NCBI GenBank assembly: GCA_019358935.1
Contig: JAHHIK010000010.1
Coordinates: forward strand, 32,001 to 96,000
Direction of reading: 5' to 3'
DNA from: Tolypothrix carrinoi HA7290-LM1
GTDB taxonomy: Bacteria; Cyanobacteriota; Cyanobacteriia; Cyanobacteriales; Nostocaceae
Length of the DNA: 64,000 nucleotides
Shown here: piece after piece, positions 62,142 to 64,000 of the stretch
Layout of the letters: every line of letters begins with the position of its first letter
Position numbering within the stretch: the first letter of the stretch is position 1
The notes under the pieces: model-generated
Seen by the model: the letters and a program-made list of their open reading frames with translations, nothing else
What the model was told of the DNA's origin: nothing
The model's database searches: none
Made by a program: the position numbers and the translations under genes

Positions 62142-63041
62142 ATGTCAAATACTGAGTTGTCAGGTTTCCACAACGTAAAACAAACTACTTCAACCAACGA
62201 TCCCTTAGAAGAATTTATCGTCCAATTCTGGGGTGTGCGGGGTTTAATAGCCACCCCCAGCAGCGATACCAGCCGCTATGGTGGTAATACTGCTTGTGTA
62301 GAAATGCGCGTAGCTGGAAAACGCTTGATTTTTGATGGGGGTACAGGTTTACGCATCCTGGGAAGAAGTTGGCTAGAACTCTCAGGACCACTAGTAGCGC
62401 ATTTATTTTTTACTAACTCTCAATCAAATCGCATTCAAGGGTTTCCCTTTTTTGCCCCTGCATTTGTTTCAGAAAATTGCTTTCATATTTACGGTACAGC
62501 TGCCTCAAATGGTGCTTCTATTAAGCAGTCTCTGTGCGATCAAATGCTGCAACCGCACTTTCCTTATCCTTTGCAGGTGATGCAGGCAGAATTGTTGTTT
62601 AACAATCTGACTTCGGGTAGCAAGGTAATTTTAGACGATGTGATGATTCAAACTGCATTGATCAATCAAAATCAGCGATCGGCAGGATACCGAGTTTCCT
62701 GGAAGAATTACAGCGTTGCCTACATGACAGATTTGTATCAGGGTGCCGACGAAATCGAGCTTGGATGTATTAAACAGCTAATTGAAGGCGTAGATTTGCT
62801 GATAGCTAATGCTACCTACACTCCCCCAACAGCTCGCAGCCATGAATACGCTGATTTACTTTGGAAAACTGCCGTGAATTTAGCTCATCATGCTGGTGTG
62901 AAACGGTTAGTCATCTCACACCACCACCCAGACGATCGCGATGATTTTCTCGACTCTGTGCAAACAGAAATTAAAAATGCTTTTTCTGAAGCATTACTAG
63001 CCCGTGAAGGGTTAATTTTACCTGTTGTGCCTCGAAATTAA
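62142..63041 (+). CDS. MBL-fold protein with degenerate metal-binding motif
   Basis: FWGVRG...YGGNTACVE...FDGGTG; NSQSNR in place of HxHxDH. Confidence 0.8.
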   Translation: MSNTELSGFHNVKQTTSTNDPLEEFIVQFWGVRGLIATPSSDTSRYGGNTACVEMRVAGKRLIFDGGTGLRILGRSWLELSGPLVAHLFFTNSQSNRIQGFPFFAPAFVSENCFHIYGTAASNGASIKQSLCDQMLQPHFPYPLQVMQAELLFNNLTSGSKVILDDVMIQTALINQNQRSAGYRVSWKNYSVAYMTDLYQGADEIELGCIKQLIEGVDLLIANATYTPPTARSHEYADLLWKTAVNLAHHAGVKRLVISHHHPDDRDDFLDSVQTEIKNAFSEALLAREGLILPVVPRN

Positions 63042-63076
63042 ACAGATGATTAAATCTCTTATTTAATCTTAAGCGA

Positions 63077-64000
63077 TTATACTTTCACTCTGTCAATCAA
63101 GAAAAGATTATCGTTTTGTGAAGGATGAAAGTCCTTTCTCAAATAATCTCTGGCGTTAAATAATGCTTTGTACAAAAATTTATCTTTAGTCAGCCAAAAC
63201 TCAATAAATTCCTGCCAGACTTTTCTATCGAAGAGTTTTCTGTCTTGATATAGCAGCATTGCTAAACCCAAATTCAGAAAAAATAAAATCAAAATATGGG
63301 CTACGAACATACCCACTTGACGCAACAGGTAATTATTAGTTGCATTTTGCAGCACATCATATAAAACTGTTTTGTGTTCAAGTTCTTCTAATGCGTGCCA
63401 TTCAAAAAGTTGCTTTAACTCTGGTTCAGCTTCTGCAAACAAATCATTTTCTAAAGCAAACTCAGCCATCAAAATTGTTAAATGTTCAATTCCGGCAGCA
63501 ATGGCTAAATTGAAATTAAGACTCATTTGCCGTTCCAGAATATCAAAAAGAATAGTCTGTTCCCAGCGAATAAAAGTATCGAATTTATAGCCAGAAGCGC
63601 GTAAATTATTCCAGAATTTTGTATGCTGGTATGAATGTTGTCCTTCTTGACATATGAAGGCTTGAGCTTTCTGTTTCAATTGCGGATTGTCAAGAAAGTT
63701 GATTCTTTTTTTGACGTTGAGAATCAGATATTTTTCAATTTCCGGAATGAAAATTGTGAAGCTATTAAATAAGTGGGTTTTAAGAGGATGTTTGAAAAGT
63801 ATTAGATTTGACAAAGAGACCTAACCCTCCTACCCCCCTTCCCTAAGAGGGAAGGGGGGTTTCAAAGCCTCTCCCCCTGTGGGGGAGAGGTTTGGAGAGG
63901 GGTCTTTTTGTATACTTTGCGACTTTTCAAACATCCTCTAAACACACTTTGCTTAAACCAATATTTCTCAGTATTTGCGGAAAAATCAAAGTTTAATCGG
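63077..64000 (-). pseudogene. Predicted metal-dependent hydrolase interrupted by a MITE; 5' end lies beyond the window
   Basis: FICQEGQH, EHLT, WHALEELEHK; RLNFDFS...YWFKQSVF joins KTHLFNSF after removing the MITE and one TAA. Confidence 0.8.
63784..63938. mobile_element. 155-bp IS5/IS1031-type MITE with 17-bp TIR and TAA target duplication
   Basis: GAGGATGTTTGAAAAGT / ACTTTTCAAACATCCTC; TAA at 63781-63783 and 63939-63941; internal GC-rich hairpins. Confidence 0.88.

Noticed and set aside
1..64000. tRNA, rRNA and the many short antisense ORFs in the track
   Set aside because: No tRNA or rRNA signature recognised by eye; the short ORFs lie antisense to or inside well-supported genes

Overview
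Chromosomal window from a filamentous, probably heterocyst-forming (Nostocales-type) cyanobacterium, judged from very frequent HIP1 octamers (GCGATCGC), STRR heptamer arrays and gene content. In order it holds: the 3' part of a PLP-dependent decarboxylase; SulP; a Rieske oxygenase with divergent TetR; beta-propeller, PIG-L and GT4 genes; Uma2; the sufBCDS operon with divergent sufR and two SufR boxes; a translationally coupled pair of a P-loop ATPase and a 2066-aa TPR-STAND-TM-WD40 protein, bracketed by two copies (one internally deleted) of a toxin-antitoxin cassette; fcl/gmd/rfbP-like/rfbZ-like LPS genes; an Rpn-like nuclease gene broken by a MITE but retaining an internal RBS+ATG; a frameshifted YdcF gene; a Wzx/Wzy/Wzc exopolysaccharide cluster; pgsA, aspA, DUF362; a likely NsiR4 sRNA with an NtcA-type promoter; ppa, panD, an MBL-fold protein lacking its metal ligands; and a hydrolase gene interrupted by an IS5-like MITE. 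The best candidates for a novel system are the ATPase plus NLR-like receptor module and a set of tiny palindromic elements whose lengths are multiples of three, which insert in frame into proteins (SufD, an antitoxin) and into HIP1 sites. No rRNA, tRNA or CRISPR array was recognised. All calls come from reading the sequence; no database searches were run.
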